A stretch of 64,000 nucleotides of DNA from Candidatus Omnitrophota bacterium (GCA_021108075.1 JAIORP010000029.1:10311-74310), one strand, 5' to 3'. Shown: positions 39,163 through 51,026, counted from the stretch's first letter. Notes: generated from the sequence alone by a model not told the origin. Numbers and translations: made by a program.

Positions 39163-39597
39163 ATGAAAGAAGATGAGATATTAAAAGGTTTGATTCCTTG
39201 GACGATTGATGAATTTAAGGACGTTAATGCTCATTTGTATCACCTGCTTCAGAGACCTAAGGACGATTGGGATTTTGCGGATATCAATCTGCCCATTGAT
39301 GTGTATGAACCGATCGGGCAAATCGCGCAATATATGAAAAAGAAATATGACGATGACAGCTTTTTTAAGGCTCATTTTATACGTTACAATAATATCTTGC
39401 GGTTTTTGAGGGAGTATAAAGGAAAATTAATCCATTCAGGTTTTTTAGAAGACGGGGCGATTCCCTTGATTAAAGATCAATTGTTAAAGTGCCTTTGCGT
39501 GATGCCATTTAGCGAACTGAGATTAACGGATGAAGGATTTATGGATTATTGTTTTGATTTGAACGAGGTGATTCTCAAGACCAAAGAAATGATGTGA
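39163..39597 (+). CDS. hypothetical protein
   Basis: ORF with GAAGGA RBS before ATG 39163; no recognised family. Confidence 0.6.
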   Translation: MKEDEILKGLIPWTIDEFKDVNAHLYHLLQRPKDDWDFADINLPIDVYEPIGQIAQYMKKKYDDDSFFKAHFIRYNNILRFLREYKGKLIHSGFLEDGAIPLIKDQLLKCLCVMPFSELRLTDEGFMDYCFDLNEVILKTKEMM

Positions 39598-39758
39598 TCT
39601 GTTGGGATTCATGACTTGAATGGTGTTCTTTGTCGTGTTCTATGGTTGTGGCTTTAGGATGTCGTTTGTTGTCATTGATGGCTGTCCGTCCCATATTGAC
39701 GAACAAAGTCTGAAATGATAGACTATTTTTTTGTTATTGTTGACTACGGAAATGTAAC

Positions 39759-39832
39759 CGGGGCGTAGCGCAGCCGGCTAGCGCGCAACGTTCGGGACGT
39801 TGAGGTCGACGGTTCGAATCCGTCCGCCCCGA
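39759..39832 (+). tRNA. tRNA-Pro (anticodon CGG), CCA not encoded
   Basis: Acceptor stem CGGGGCG/CGCCCCG, anticodon arm CAACG-TT[CGG]GA-CGTTG, T-loop GTTCGAATC. Confidence 0.95.
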
Positions 39833-39870
39833 TTATTTTAGACATCAACCTATCTTATCAAGAGGTGACC

Positions 39871-40350
39871 ATGCGAAGCAGAGTCGCTCCGATCATTTTT
39901 TTTGTTATTTTTGCTATTGCTGGTGGAATTGTCACTAAAATAGGTTTTGGGATTTATCAAAATGCTAAAAAAAGCATGGAATGGCCAACCGTGAATGGTG
40001 CTGTCACATCATCAGAGATAGAACGCAACCATAGTTCTGGATCAGGTTCATCTTCGACAACATATGGGGCAGACATCGCCTATGACTATCAAATCAAGGG
40101 GGAAACATATTCTGCGAACAAAGTGTCGTTTGGGGAATACAGTTCAAGTGATATCGGTCATGCCCGAAAAATTGTTAATAAATATCCCGTTGGCAAAGTC
40201 GTGAACGTTTATTATAATCCGGATGATCTTTATATTGCTGTGTTGGAACCGGGAATTTTTTGGAGTAGCTATATAGTCTTCGTTCTAGGCCTTATTTTTT
40301 TTTCAGTCGGTTTTTTTGGCGCGATAGGCACATTGCTTTTTGGCCATTAA
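39871..40350 (+). CDS. DUF3592-like membrane protein
   Basis: TM, then WPTVNG...Y-x-Y...G-x-x-V-x-VYYNP...AVL, then a second TM. Confidence 0.75.
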   Translation: MRSRVAPIIFFVIFAIAGGIVTKIGFGIYQNAKKSMEWPTVNGAVTSSEIERNHSSGSGSSSTTYGADIAYDYQIKGETYSANKVSFGEYSSSDIGHARKIVNKYPVGKVVNVYYNPDDLYIAVLEPGIFWSSYIVFVLGLIFFSVGFFGAIGTLLFGH

Positions 40351-40375
40351 ATTATTTTAAACCATGGAGGGCACA

Positions 40376-41143
40376 ATGGCGGATGTAATCGATTTTAAAA
40401 TATTTGGGGATGATATGCAGATGGTTGAAATTGAGTTAGATCCCGCTGAAGGGATTCGTGCCGAAGCTGGGGCGATGATGTACATGGAAGATGGGATTGA
40501 AATGCAAACGTCAACGGGTGGCGGTCTTTTTAAAGGTTTTAAACGTATGATTACCGGGGAGAGTTTTTTTATTACGACATATTTGAATAGTGGTCAGGGA
40601 AAAGGACACGTTGCCTTTGGCGCGCCTTATCCAGGAAAGATTATACCGTTAGATTTGAGTCAAGTTGGGGGGACGTTTATTTGTCAAAAAGATGCTTTTC
40701 TGTGCGCGGCAAACGGAACGGACATTGATATCGCATTTACGAAGCGTTTTGGTGCTGGTTTATTCGGGGGTGAAGGTTTTATTTTGCAGAAATTGACGGG
40801 AGACGGCTATGCGTTTATTCATGCCGGTGGGGCTGTTATAAAAAAGGAATTGTCTGTGGGGGAGCGTTTGCGCATCGATACCGGCTGCCTGGTTGGGCTT
40901 GCGCCGACGGTTGATTATGATATCAAATTCATCGGAGGGTTTAAAAATGCTTTGTTCGGCGGAGAAGGGCTTTTCTTGGCGACCTTAACCGGACCGGGTT
41001 TAGTGTATTTACAGAGTTTGCCGTTTTCCCGACTGGCTGACAGGATACTCGCCGCTGCAAGTTTCCGTCGAACTGGCGAGAAAAAGGGGCTGGGGGGAGT
41101 CGGCGGTTCGGTCTTGGGAAATTTATTACAGGGTGATGGATAA
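40376..41143 (+). CDS. TIGR00266 / AIM24 family protein
   Basis: GDDMQ, AEAGAM, FGGEGF, IDTGCLV and [10 protein letters not shown]. Confidence 0.88.
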   Translation: MADVIDFKIFGDDMQMVEIELDPAEGIRAEAGAMMYMEDGIEMQTSTGGGLFKGFKRMITGESFFITTYLNSGQGKGHVAFGAPYPGKIIPLDLSQVGGTFICQKDAFLCAANGTDIDIAFTKRFGAGLFGGEGFILQKLTGDGYAFIHAGGAVIKKELSVGERLRIDTGCLVGLAPTVDYDIKFIGGFKNALFGGEGLFLATLTGPGLVYLQSLPFSRLADRILAAASFRRTGEKKGLGGVGGSVLGNLLQGDG

Positions 41144-41154
41144 ATTCGTCATAG

Positions 41155-41421
41155 ATGAAAGCGCATATTTTATATTCAGGGTTAGTGCAGGGTGTTGGAT
41201 TTCGTTACATGACTCAACGATACGCGAGTCAACGGGGCTTGACCGGGTGGGTTAAAAATTTAGTCGATGGCTCAGTTGAAGTTTTGGCCGAGGGGCCAAA
41301 GGCAGATATCTTGGGACTGTGTCAGGATGTTGAGGGGCATTTTGGAAATTATGTCAAAGATAAAAAAGTAGCATGGGAAGACACCTCCCATCAATTCGCT
41401 GATTTTAAGATTACTTATTGA
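41155..41421 (+). CDS. acyP: acylphosphatase
   Basis: GLVQGVGFR and GWVKNL-x-DGSVE. Confidence 0.92.
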   Translation: MKAHILYSGLVQGVGFRYMTQRYASQRGLTGWVKNLVDGSVEVLAEGPKADILGLCQDVEGHFGNYVKDKKVAWEDTSHQFADFKITY

Positions 41422-41506
41422 CGATGAGTGGGCGATTTTTTTCGTCCCGTTCAGCAAAATCTTTGGGCTTAGTGCCTTGATTGTTCCACAAAATTTTTTT
41501 CATACC

Positions 41507-42232
41507 ATGAAATACGCCATAATTTCAGATATCCATAATAATTTTGAAGCCTTGACCAATGTTCTTAGCGCCTGTCGGCTACACAGGGTAGAACAAATTT
41601 ATTGCGCTGGGGATATTGTGGGTTACGCGGCAAATCCAATCGAATGCCTGCAGCTTGTCCGGGAAACAAATATAATGTGTGTCGCCGGGAACCATGATTG
41701 GGCCGTTTGCGGTCGGTTGGACGCGATGTATTTTAACGAGTGGGGAAAAGTCGGCATTGAATATACTCGGAACAATCTGTCATTATCTGATTTTGAGTTT
41801 TTGGCCAATCTGGAATTGTCCTATGCCAATCCGGATTTAGTGATTGTGCACGGGACCCTCAATCAGCCGGAAGCTTTTCAATATCTAGATGATATTACAA
41901 AAGTTCCTGACACCTGTTCTTTGATGAAAGCCCCTGTTTGTTTTGTCGGGCATACGCATGAACCTAAAATATATATCAAAAAAGGTAACAATATCTATTA
42001 TTCTGATGTCCTCGATGTCGAGATGAAAGACGATGCGCAATATATTATTAATGTTGGTAGCGTTGGACAGCCTCGGGATGGAAATCCATTGGCAAGTTTT
42101 TGTGTATATGATTCTGTTGATAGGTCGGTAACGATTCACCGAATTCCTTATGATATTCAAGCTGCGCAAGAGAAGATTATCGCAGCCGGTTTACCGGAAT
42201 ATGTCGCCCACCGTTTATCCCTTGGGCAATGA
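41507..42232 (+). CDS. metallophosphoesterase family protein
   Basis: SDIH, GDIVGY, GNHD, HG, GHTH and NVGSVGQPRDG. Confidence 0.9.
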   Translation: MKYAIISDIHNNFEALTNVLSACRLHRVEQIYCAGDIVGYAANPIECLQLVRETNIMCVAGNHDWAVCGRLDAMYFNEWGKVGIEYTRNNLSLSDFEFLANLELSYANPDLVIVHGTLNQPEAFQYLDDITKVPDTCSLMKAPVCFVGHTHEPKIYIKKGNNIYYSDVLDVEMKDDAQYIINVGSVGQPRDGNPLASFCVYDSVDRSVTIHRIPYDIQAAQEKIIAAGLPEYVAHRLSLGQ

Positions 42233-42235
42233 TGA

Positions 42236-44254
<2,019 letters not shown>

Positions 44255-44256
44255 TT

Positions 44257-44360
44257 ATACTAATCCCATTAAATAATCGCCAAAACCGGTTTTGTTTTTC
44301 TTGACGTTAAGGCAAGAATATCAAAATTGAAATAGAACAATTAATTAATGGATTTAGTAT
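44257..44360 (+). repeat. MITE-like repeat family A, copy 4 (long form)
   Basis: ATACTAATCCCATTAAATAATCGCCAAAACCGG...AATTGAAATAGAACAATTAATTAATGGATTTAGTAT. Confidence 0.85.
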
Positions 44361-44390
44361 TATTGAATTTTGTTATTAAAAGGAGTCTAT

Positions 44391-44933
44391 ATGGTTTTGA
44401 GATCTGTGGAAAAACATAAATTCTGGGTTTTAGGGATATGCTTTTTCCTTGTTGCAATGAGTTTGAGTGGATGTTCTTCTTTGAGAAAGAAATTTGTGCG
44501 ACAAAAAAAGAAAGGCAAGCAAGTTGAGAAAGAATTTATCCCGGTGCTTGATCCCAGGGATTATGAGCCGATTGTTTTTATGGCGGAAGAAAAGTATCGG
44601 CATCATTACAACCTTTGGAAAGTGTGGGAGAAATCTTTGAATCAAGCGGTTATGGAGAATGAAGGGGAGAAAAGACTATTATATTCTATTAACCAGTTGT
44701 TGGTGCATGTGTGTGAAATGCGAAAAAGGATTGTCGGCGAAAAACATCACATGTTTGATGATATTATCGAAGGTTATGAAAAAATTCAGAAAGGTTTTCA
44801 AAACCCTGATCCGATTGGTTTGTCAAGCCGGGTTGAACGTCAGTTACGGAGGCTGGAGAAAAAAACGCGCAATGGACTGCATCCCGATAAGGTCAAAGAA
44901 TATTACGTCATGCAACAGGAAATCATATATTAA
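44391..44933 (+). CDS. putative lipoprotein
   Basis: RBS AAAGGAG, hydrophobic segment with lipobox LSGC, then a basic SLRKKFVRQKKK stretch. Confidence 0.65.
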   Translation: MVLRSVEKHKFWVLGICFFLVAMSLSGCSSLRKKFVRQKKKGKQVEKEFIPVLDPRDYEPIVFMAEEKYRHHYNLWKVWEKSLNQAVMENEGEKRLLYSINQLLVHVCEMRKRIVGEKHHMFDDIIEGYEKIQKGFQNPDPIGLSSRVERQLRRLEKKTRNGLHPDKVKEYYVMQQEIIY

Positions 44934-44942
44934 GGATGAACT

Positions 44943-45839
44943 ATGACCGACCATGAAGCAACGATTGAACAATTTATGGATTACCTGGTCATTGAGCGGG
45001 GCCTGGCTGAAAATACGATTTTGGCCTATCGACGGGATTTGATTAAATATTTGCACTTCATGATAATAAAATTGGGTCGTTCATTGACAAGTATTCAAAG
45101 AGATGATATTACCCGTTTTATGTTGGATGAAAAGGATAAGGGCTTATCGGCGAATTCCATCAGCCGGGCGTTGGCGGCGATTAAAATGTTTCATCGTTTT
45201 CTTGTCCGCGAAAGAATCAGCAAACAGGATCCCTCCACACTGGTTGAAACCCCGAAGTTATGGAAAAAAGTTCCAGATGTTTTGAGTGTGGAAGAAATCG
45301 AAAAGATGATCCATGCTTCAAAGGGTAAACACTGGCAAGCCATCCGTGATAATGCCATATTGGAATTATTTTATGCCAGCGGAGTCCGTGTATCGGAGTT
45401 GACACATCTAAAACTAGAAAATATTAACTTGGAAATAGGGTATATTCGCTGTATCGGCAAGGGGCGCAAGGAAAGGCTGATCCCCATCGGAAAGAGAGCC
45501 AGAGTTGCCTTGCAGAAGTATTGTGATTTAGTCCGTCGGGGATTACTGAAAGATCAGACGATACAGACTGTTTTTTTGAGTCGGTTGGGAAAGAAAATAA
45601 GTCGGCAAAGCATTTGGAAGCTTATTAAGCAATACGCCCAGAAAGCGGGCATAAAGAAAACTATCAAACCGCATACCTTGCGGCATAGTTTTGCCACGCA
45701 TTTATTGGAACATGGCGCAGATTTAAGGGCTGTTCAGGAGATGTTAGGGCACTCCGACATATCTACTACACAGATATACACACATGTTGACAAAGAACGG
45801 TTAAGATCAATTCATAAACAGTATCATCCAAGGGGATGA
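44943..45839 (+). CDS. xerD: site-specific tyrosine recombinase XerD
   Basis: ERGLAENT, RD-x-A-x-LE-x-x-YASGVRVSE, GKGRKER, HTLRHSFATHLL and LGHSDISTTQIYTHV. Confidence 0.92.
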   Translation: MTDHEATIEQFMDYLVIERGLAENTILAYRRDLIKYLHFMIIKLGRSLTSIQRDDITRFMLDEKDKGLSANSISRALAAIKMFHRFLVRERISKQDPSTLVETPKLWKKVPDVLSVEEIEKMIHASKGKHWQAIRDNAILELFYASGVRVSELTHLKLENINLEIGYIRCIGKGRKERLIPIGKRARVALQKYCDLVRRGLLKDQTIQTVFLSRLGKKISRQSIWKLIKQYAQKAGIKKTIKPHTLRHSFATHLLEHGADLRAVQEMLGHSDISTTQIYTHVDKERLRSIHKQYHPRG

Positions 45840-45866
45840 TGTTAGAAAAATGATGGAATGTAAGGC

Positions 45867-47138
45867 GTGAACGATTATTTAAAACAACTACCGGGACCTT
45901 TATTAAAAATTATACGGGAAATTGGCCAGGTTTCTGACGATTTGAATCTTGTTGCGTTTTTGGTCGGTGGTATTGTCAGAGATTGTATCCTCGAACGCAG
46001 TAATTTTGATGTTGACATTGTTGTGGAGGGGAAGGCCCGTGTTCTGGCAAAAGCATTAGCTGGACGATGGAATTGCCGGATTGTTTTGCACAAACAGTTT
46101 CAGACGGCAACATTGTTTTATAAGAATTTTTTGATAGACATTTCATCCGCCAGAAATGAAACGTATGATAAGCCCGGGGCATTGCCGATTGTTCAACCAG
46201 GTACAGTAGCAGAGGACCTGTTCCGGCGGGACTTTACGATCAACGCGTTAGCTGTATGTCTGAATAAACGGCACAATGGGCAATTGCTTGATCCCCTGGG
46301 AGGGTTCAGTGATTTGATCAAAGGCAAAATTAGAATCATGCATGATCACAGTTTTTTAGATGATCCAACCCGTATATTACGCGCCGTTCGGTTTCAGAAA
46401 AGGTATAAATTTTCTCTATCAGACCGGACGCGACAATGTCTTAAGTTGGCCATACGGTCAAATTGTGAACGGACGGTGACTTCGCAACGACTTTTTGTGG
46501 AGTTCAAGAAGATTATGAAAGAGGCCGACCCGTTGCCGGCCTTAAAAATGTTGAATCGGACCAGGTTTTTGCGATTTATTAAACCTCAGGCGACATTTAA
46601 TTATCATCTTGTCCGCAGTGTTCAGCATTTTTATGATTCAAATCCTCGTTTATCCGTGCTATTTGAGGATGAGGACTTCCGCTGGTTAAGTTATTTCTTA
46701 GCTTTCATCTCCTTTTTTGACGCGGATGCCCGCAATGCATTGGTGAGAAGATTTCATTTCACAAAACATGAAAAAAAAAGTATCATAGATGCTCTGTATA
46801 AAGAGCGTTCGGGGAAAATCCTTTCATCCAGGAATATAAAAAAGAGCAGAATATTTAAAGAGCTAAAGAAGTTTAATGTTCCGACCCTGATTTTCTTTCG
46901 ATGCGCCATGCCGTCTCAAGATCGAAAAGAGGGTATCCAGTGGTATTTGGATAAGGGGCGTTATTTTCAATTATCCCTGACAGGTGAAGATTTGAAGGAA
47001 ATGGGTGTTTCTCCGGGGCATCGGATGGGAGAAATTTTAAGTAATGTTTTGGACCACAAAATCGACTACAATTTGAAGTCCAGAAAGGCGGAATTGCTCG
47101 TGGCAAAAAAGTTTATTGGATCAATTGAGTCGCCCTAA
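45867..47138 (+). CDS. tRNA nucleotidyltransferase (class II; CCA- or A-adding)
   Basis: VGGIVRD, DVD, EDLFRRDFTINA and DDPTRILRAVRF. Confidence 0.88.
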   Translation: MNDYLKQLPGPLLKIIREIGQVSDDLNLVAFLVGGIVRDCILERSNFDVDIVVEGKARVLAKALAGRWNCRIVLHKQFQTATLFYKNFLIDISSARNETYDKPGALPIVQPGTVAEDLFRRDFTINALAVCLNKRHNGQLLDPLGGFSDLIKGKIRIMHDHSFLDDPTRILRAVRFQKRYKFSLSDRTRQCLKLAIRSNCERTVTSQRLFVEFKKIMKEADPLPALKMLNRTRFLRFIKPQATFNYHLVRSVQHFYDSNPRLSVLFEDEDFRWLSYFLAFISFFDADARNALVRRFHFTKHEKKSIIDALYKERSGKILSSRNIKKSRIFKELKKFNVPTLIFFRCAMPSQDRKEGIQWYLDKGRYFQLSLTGEDLKEMGVSPGHRMGEILSNVLDHKIDYNLKSRKAELLVAKKFIGSIESP

Positions 47139-47164
47139 ATCATTAAAAGGCTTGGAGTTCATCA

Positions 47165-47515
47165 ATGGGACGAATAGAGAAAGTCAATCAGCAATTAAAA
47201 AAAGACATCAGCCGAATTATTCGCAAGGAACTGAGTGATCCCCGGTTTACTTTTATTACGATTACGCATGTTGAAACAAGCAAGGACTTAAGGCAGGCCA
47301 AAGTCTTTTTTTCTTTGTTAGGGGAAACAGACCAGATAGAGGGCATATTGTCGAGCCTGGATCGCGTTAGAGGCATCATCCGAAAATATGTTGGCAAATG
47401 TATCACGATGCGTTATACTCCAGAGTTGCATTTTTTTTATGATAGTTCCATCAAAGAAAGCGCGCGTCTAGAGGAGACATTTAAGGAGATTCACAATGAG
47501 TTGGGAGAAAGTTAA
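47165..47515 (+). CDS. rbfA: ribosome-binding factor A
   Basis: DPR, DLRQAKV and RYTPELHFFYD. Confidence 0.93.
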   Translation: MGRIEKVNQQLKKDISRIIRKELSDPRFTFITITHVETSKDLRQAKVFFSLLGETDQIEGILSSLDRVRGIIRKYVGKCITMRYTPELHFFYDSSIKESARLEETFKEIHNELGES

Positions 47516-48464
47516 ATCTCTGATAAAGAGCAAGAATGATTTTGTTATTACGACCCATTTAAATCCTGATCCGGACGCTTTGTGTTCTGAGTTGGCGTTG
47601 CACACCGGGCTTAAGAAGCTCGGTAAAAAAGTTCAGATTATCAATGACGAACCACTTCCGGATAGATTCTCTTTTTTGCCCTCTGCGAACAAAATCAAAG
47701 GTTTCCAACCTTATATGAAACTCGCTGATCGTGTTTTGATCGTGCTGGATTGTGGAGAGTTAAATCGTATTGGAAAAGTTGAACAATTGGTTACCGATGA
47801 TGCCATGATCATTAATATTGATCATCATGTGACCAATGATGATTTCGGAAGCGTTAATGTTGTCGATCATCTCGCCTCATCAACGGCACAAATGATTTAT
47901 GAGATGCACCAGGTTTTAAAGGTTTCTTTAACGCGGGATAGCGCATTATGCCTCTACACAGGAATTATGGCTGACACAGGTTCTTTTGTTTATGACAATA
48001 CGACAGCGCAAACCCACGCGATTGTCGCTCATCTGATGGGATTTGATTTTTCCGCCTATGACGTATATCGCCAATTGTATGAACAAGTTCCCCTCGAGGA
48101 TTTGAAATCGTTGAACAAGATCGTCAGCCGGTTTGATGCCTTGTATGATGATAAGGTGATCGTTGTTGATTTAAAGAAAAGGATATTCAAAAAGTTTTCT
48201 GAGAATTTTGATTTACGGGATAAAATTTTTAAAACTTTGCGTACAATACGCGGGTCGGAAATTTATGTGATTTTTTCTGAAGAGAAAAGGAATAAGACCC
48301 AAGTCAATTTTAGGTCGTCGGGTAAAGTCGATGTTGCCAGTCTCGCGAGATGTTACGGGGGGGGCGGTCATAAAAAAGCAAGTGGATGCACGTTGGATCA
48401 AGATTTTAAAACAACAAAGGCTATTGTTCTAAAGCAAGTCCAGAAACTGGTAAGTGAATTATGA
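47496..48464 (+). CDS. nrnA: DHH/DHHA1 oligoribonuclease / pAp phosphatase
   Basis: H-x-NPDPDA, IDHH, DTG and GGGH; lies between rbfA and truB. Confidence 0.88.
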   Translation: MSWEKVKSLIKSKNDFVITTHLNPDPDALCSELALHTGLKKLGKKVQIINDEPLPDRFSFLPSANKIKGFQPYMKLADRVLIVLDCGELNRIGKVEQLVTDDAMIINIDHHVTNDDFGSVNVVDHLASSTAQMIYEMHQVLKVSLTRDSALCLYTGIMADTGSFVYDNTTAQTHAIVAHLMGFDFSAYDVYRQLYEQVPLEDLKSLNKIVSRFDALYDDKVIVVDLKKRIFKKFSENFDLRDKIFKTLRTIRGSEIYVIFSEEKRNKTQVNFRSSGKVDVASLARCYGGGGHKKASGCTLDQDFKTTKAIVLKQVQKLVSEL

Positions 48465-49159
48465 TGAATTCGGAAGCGACGAAGAAAGAAACATCCATGC
48501 AAGGGATCATCGTTGTAAATAAATCCCAAGGGATGACGTCTCATGATGTTGTTATGAAGATGCGCAGAAAATTTAAGATTCAGAGAGTTGGGCACGCCGG
48601 AACATTAGACCCCTTAGCGACTGGTGTTTTAGTCGTTTTATTTGGAAAGGCGACAAAATTGTTTTCAAAGTTTGTCTCTTTTGATAAGGCTTACCGGGCG
48701 ACGTTGAAACTCGGGACCACAACAGATTCGGCTGATACAGAAGGAAAGATTTTAAAAGAGTCGAGTTATGATCACATCACGCTGGAAGATCTTGAAGCGG
48801 CGATGAAGAAGTTTTCTGGTCCGATTAAACAGATCCCGCCGATGGTTTCGGCTATTAAACATAAAGGGAAAAAATTATATCAGCTGGCCCGCAAAGGCAT
48901 CTCCGTTGAGCGAAAACCGAGAGATGTTGTCATTTATGATCTGCATATCGTAGATTTTTCACCTCCCCATGTTAAGTTTTACTTAGAATGTTCCAAGGGA
49001 ACATATGTGCGGCAAATCGCGGATGATATCGGCACAGAGTTGGGTTGTGGTGCCTGTATCACGCAGATTGAACGGATTAAAGTCGGTCCCTTTCAGATAG
49101 AAGATGCGCATCAAATAGAGGGTATAAATGAAAGTTATTTACGGAATTGGGAAGGTTAA
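48461..49159 (+). CDS. truB: tRNA pseudouridine-55 synthase
   Basis: TSHDVV, GHAGTLDPLATG, PPMVSA and CSKGTYVR. Confidence 0.95.
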   Translation: MMNSEATKKETSMQGIIVVNKSQGMTSHDVVMKMRRKFKIQRVGHAGTLDPLATGVLVVLFGKATKLFSKFVSFDKAYRATLKLGTTTDSADTEGKILKESSYDHITLEDLEAAMKKFSGPIKQIPPMVSAIKHKGKKLYQLARKGISVERKPRDVVIYDLHIVDFSPPHVKFYLECSKGTYVRQIADDIGTELGCGACITQIERIKVGPFQIEDAHQIEGINESYLRNWEG

Positions 49160-50132
49160 GGAAAAGTTTCGAAATCCAATTCTAACAGTCGGTGTTTTTG
49201 ATGGTGTTCATCGGGGGCATCAAAAATTGATTAAGCATGCTGTCCGGCGGGCAAAAAAAATTAACGGCACGCCGATGTTGATGACATTTTATCCTCATCC
49301 CGTCAAAGTTATGCGTCCAGAAAAATATCTTCCGTACATTATTTCCTTGCCATACCGATTAACATTAATTGAGTCCCTGGGAATAAGGGTCTGTATCGTT
49401 TTGAAATTTACGAAGAAGATGGCAGCCATTGCTCCAACCAGATTTATCCAGCATTATTTAGAACGCCTGATCGCTCCAAAGGAAATCATCGTCGGTGAAG
49501 ATTTTTCTTTTGGCTTTAATCGACGGGGGACTGTTGATTTTTTGAAAAGTCAATCAAAGGAATATGCGTTTTCTGTCAAATCATTGAAACCTGTTTTAGT
49601 AAAGAGTCCATCCAGATATTCTGGCGGCCTTGCTAAGATCGGCAGCACGCTTATCCGTTATTTGATTGCTGAAGGACGATTGAAAGAAGCCAGGGCTTAC
49701 CTGGGCCGAAACGTTTCTGTGTTGGGGAAGGTCATGAAAGGCGACGCCCGTGGCAGGATTTTGGGTTTTCCGACGATCAATATTTATCCTGCAGAAGAAG
49801 TCGTCCCGCCAAAAGGGGTTTATGCGATCTTGATCACAATTGGTTCTCGGAAGTATGAAGGAATGGCGAATATCGGCGTCAAGCCTACCTTTAAACCGTT
49901 CAATCGTCAAATTAATATTGAAGCGCATATTTTCAGTTGGCACAAAAATATTTATGGTGAGCATGTCATTCTGGAATTTATTAAAAAAATGAGAGAAGAG
50001 GAGATCTTCGCTTCCCGCAAACACTTGATCCGGCAGCTGCAAAAAGATAAATCAAAAGCGACCGGTATTTTGTCCTCTTCAACATCGTCTTCGTTTTCAT
50101 CCCTGTCTGTTTCAGCCTTCAGGGCGCTGTGA
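49128..50132 (+). CDS. ribF: bifunctional riboflavin kinase / FAD synthetase
   Basis: FDGVHRGH, GRILGFPT, NIGVKPT and EAHI. Confidence 0.95.
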   Translation: MKVIYGIGKVKEKFRNPILTVGVFDGVHRGHQKLIKHAVRRAKKINGTPMLMTFYPHPVKVMRPEKYLPYIISLPYRLTLIESLGIRVCIVLKFTKKMAAIAPTRFIQHYLERLIAPKEIIVGEDFSFGFNRRGTVDFLKSQSKEYAFSVKSLKPVLVKSPSRYSGGLAKIGSTLIRYLIAEGRLKEARAYLGRNVSVLGKVMKGDARGRILGFPTINIYPAEEVVPPKGVYAILITIGSRKYEGMANIGVKPTFKPFNRQINIEAHIFSWHKNIYGEHVILEFIKKMREEEIFASRKHLIRQLQKDKSKATGILSSSTSSSFSSLSVSAFRAL

Positions 50133-50262
50133 TATTTCTTCTTATGATTTTTATACTCCAGCCATGATCATCCCCTCTTTTTTTGTTTTCTATCCAAAAA
50201 TATCTGCGGTAATCATCAAACCTGCCATCTCTAACTGTTTGTAACAGGGAGAGAAAAGACAG

Positions 50263-50316
50263 TTATTCCCCTAAATGTGCATAAATAATGAAATTTTTCT
50301 GGTTTTTTGTGTAAAT
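50263..50316. promoter_or_regulatory. DnaA-box-like sites upstream of mraZ
   Basis: TGTGCATAA at 50276-50284 (reverse complement TTATGCACA fits TTWTNCACA); weaker TTATTCCCC at 50263 and TGTGTAAAT at 50308. Confidence 0.5.
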
Positions 50317-50323
50317 AGATTGT

Positions 50324-50371
50324 CTACCATATATGGTGTGTTATTGAGCGATATAGTACAAGATATTGTAT
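50324..50371. promoter_or_regulatory. tandem NrdR-box-like sites
   Basis: CTACCATATATGGTGT (50324) and GTACAAGATATTGTAT (50356), 32 bp apart, both fit acaCwAtATaTwGtgt. Confidence 0.65.
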
Positions 50372-50407
50372 GGCAACAAGATGCAATAAGTGGACGCTAT
50401 TTAATGG

Positions 50408-50436
50408 TTGACAAAATCGTAAAATTTCTGTATATT
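50408..50436 (+). promoter_or_regulatory. sigma-70 promoter of the dcw operon
   Basis: TTGACA-N17-TATATT. Confidence 0.8.
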
Positions 50437-50446
50437 AGACGCAAAG

Positions 50447-50470
50447 GTGGGGCGAAGTGGAGAGAAGTGG
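50447..50470 (+). promoter_or_regulatory. MraZ-binding direct repeats
   Basis: GTGG at 50447, 50457 and 50467 (10-bp period), just downstream of the promoter and upstream of mraZ. Confidence 0.8.
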
Positions 50471-50517
50471 TAAATTCGCCAAACACACCATTTATTTTTC
50501 CATCCTAAGGGACAAAC

Positions 50518-50955
50518 ATGTTTTATGGTGAATTTAAACACAGCATTGATGTTAAAGGAAGACTCATCTTACCGTCTAAATTCCGTGAAGTTAGTAAAGA
50601 ATATGGTATAGAGCGTTTTTTTCTTACCCGTGGGCTCGACAAATGTATTTTCATGTTCTCTGAAAATGAATGGCGTATTCAGGAACAAAAATTCAAAAAT
50701 ATGCCTTTTACTAAACAGCAAGCCCGACATTTTAATCGATTGTTTTTCTCTGGAGCTATTGATGTTATCCCGGATAAGCAGGGTCGTTTTATTATCCCAC
50801 CCTATTTAAAGGATTATGCGCACATCAATAAAGATACGGTTGTTATTGGCATTTCTAATCGTATTGAGATTTGGGACTCTAAAGGTTGGGCTAATTTTTA
50901 TGATAACTCAAACTCATCATTTGAAAAAATAGCTGAGGATGTTTTAGATCTTTGA
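50518..50955 (+). CDS. mraZ: division/cell wall cluster transcriptional repressor MraZ
   Basis: DVKGRL-x-LP, DKQGR-x-x-IP and RIEIW. Confidence 0.95.
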   Translation: MFYGEFKHSIDVKGRLILPSKFREVSKEYGIERFFLTRGLDKCIFMFSENEWRIQEQKFKNMPFTKQQARHFNRLFFSGAIDVIPDKQGRFIIPPYLKDYAHINKDTVVIGISNRIEIWDSKGWANFYDNSNSSFEKIAEDVLDL

Positions 50956-51026
50956 TAAAGATAGACACATTTTCATAATAGCCCCTATAGATTGATTCGA
51001 ATCATATAAATAATGGAAATTATAAA

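Noticed and set aside
44943-45839. Tyrosine recombinase as a prophage or island integrase
   Set aside because: It has XerD-type signatures, lies among housekeeping genes, and has no att repeats or phage genes nearby.
50263-50316. oriC
   Set aside because: Only one good DnaA box, no clear DUE or DnaA-trio run, and no dnaA/dnaN/gidA context; treated as promoter regulation.
50275-50508. 77-aa ORF upstream of mraZ
   Set aside because: It overlaps the promoter, the NrdR-like boxes and the MraZ boxes, so it is better explained as regulatory DNA.
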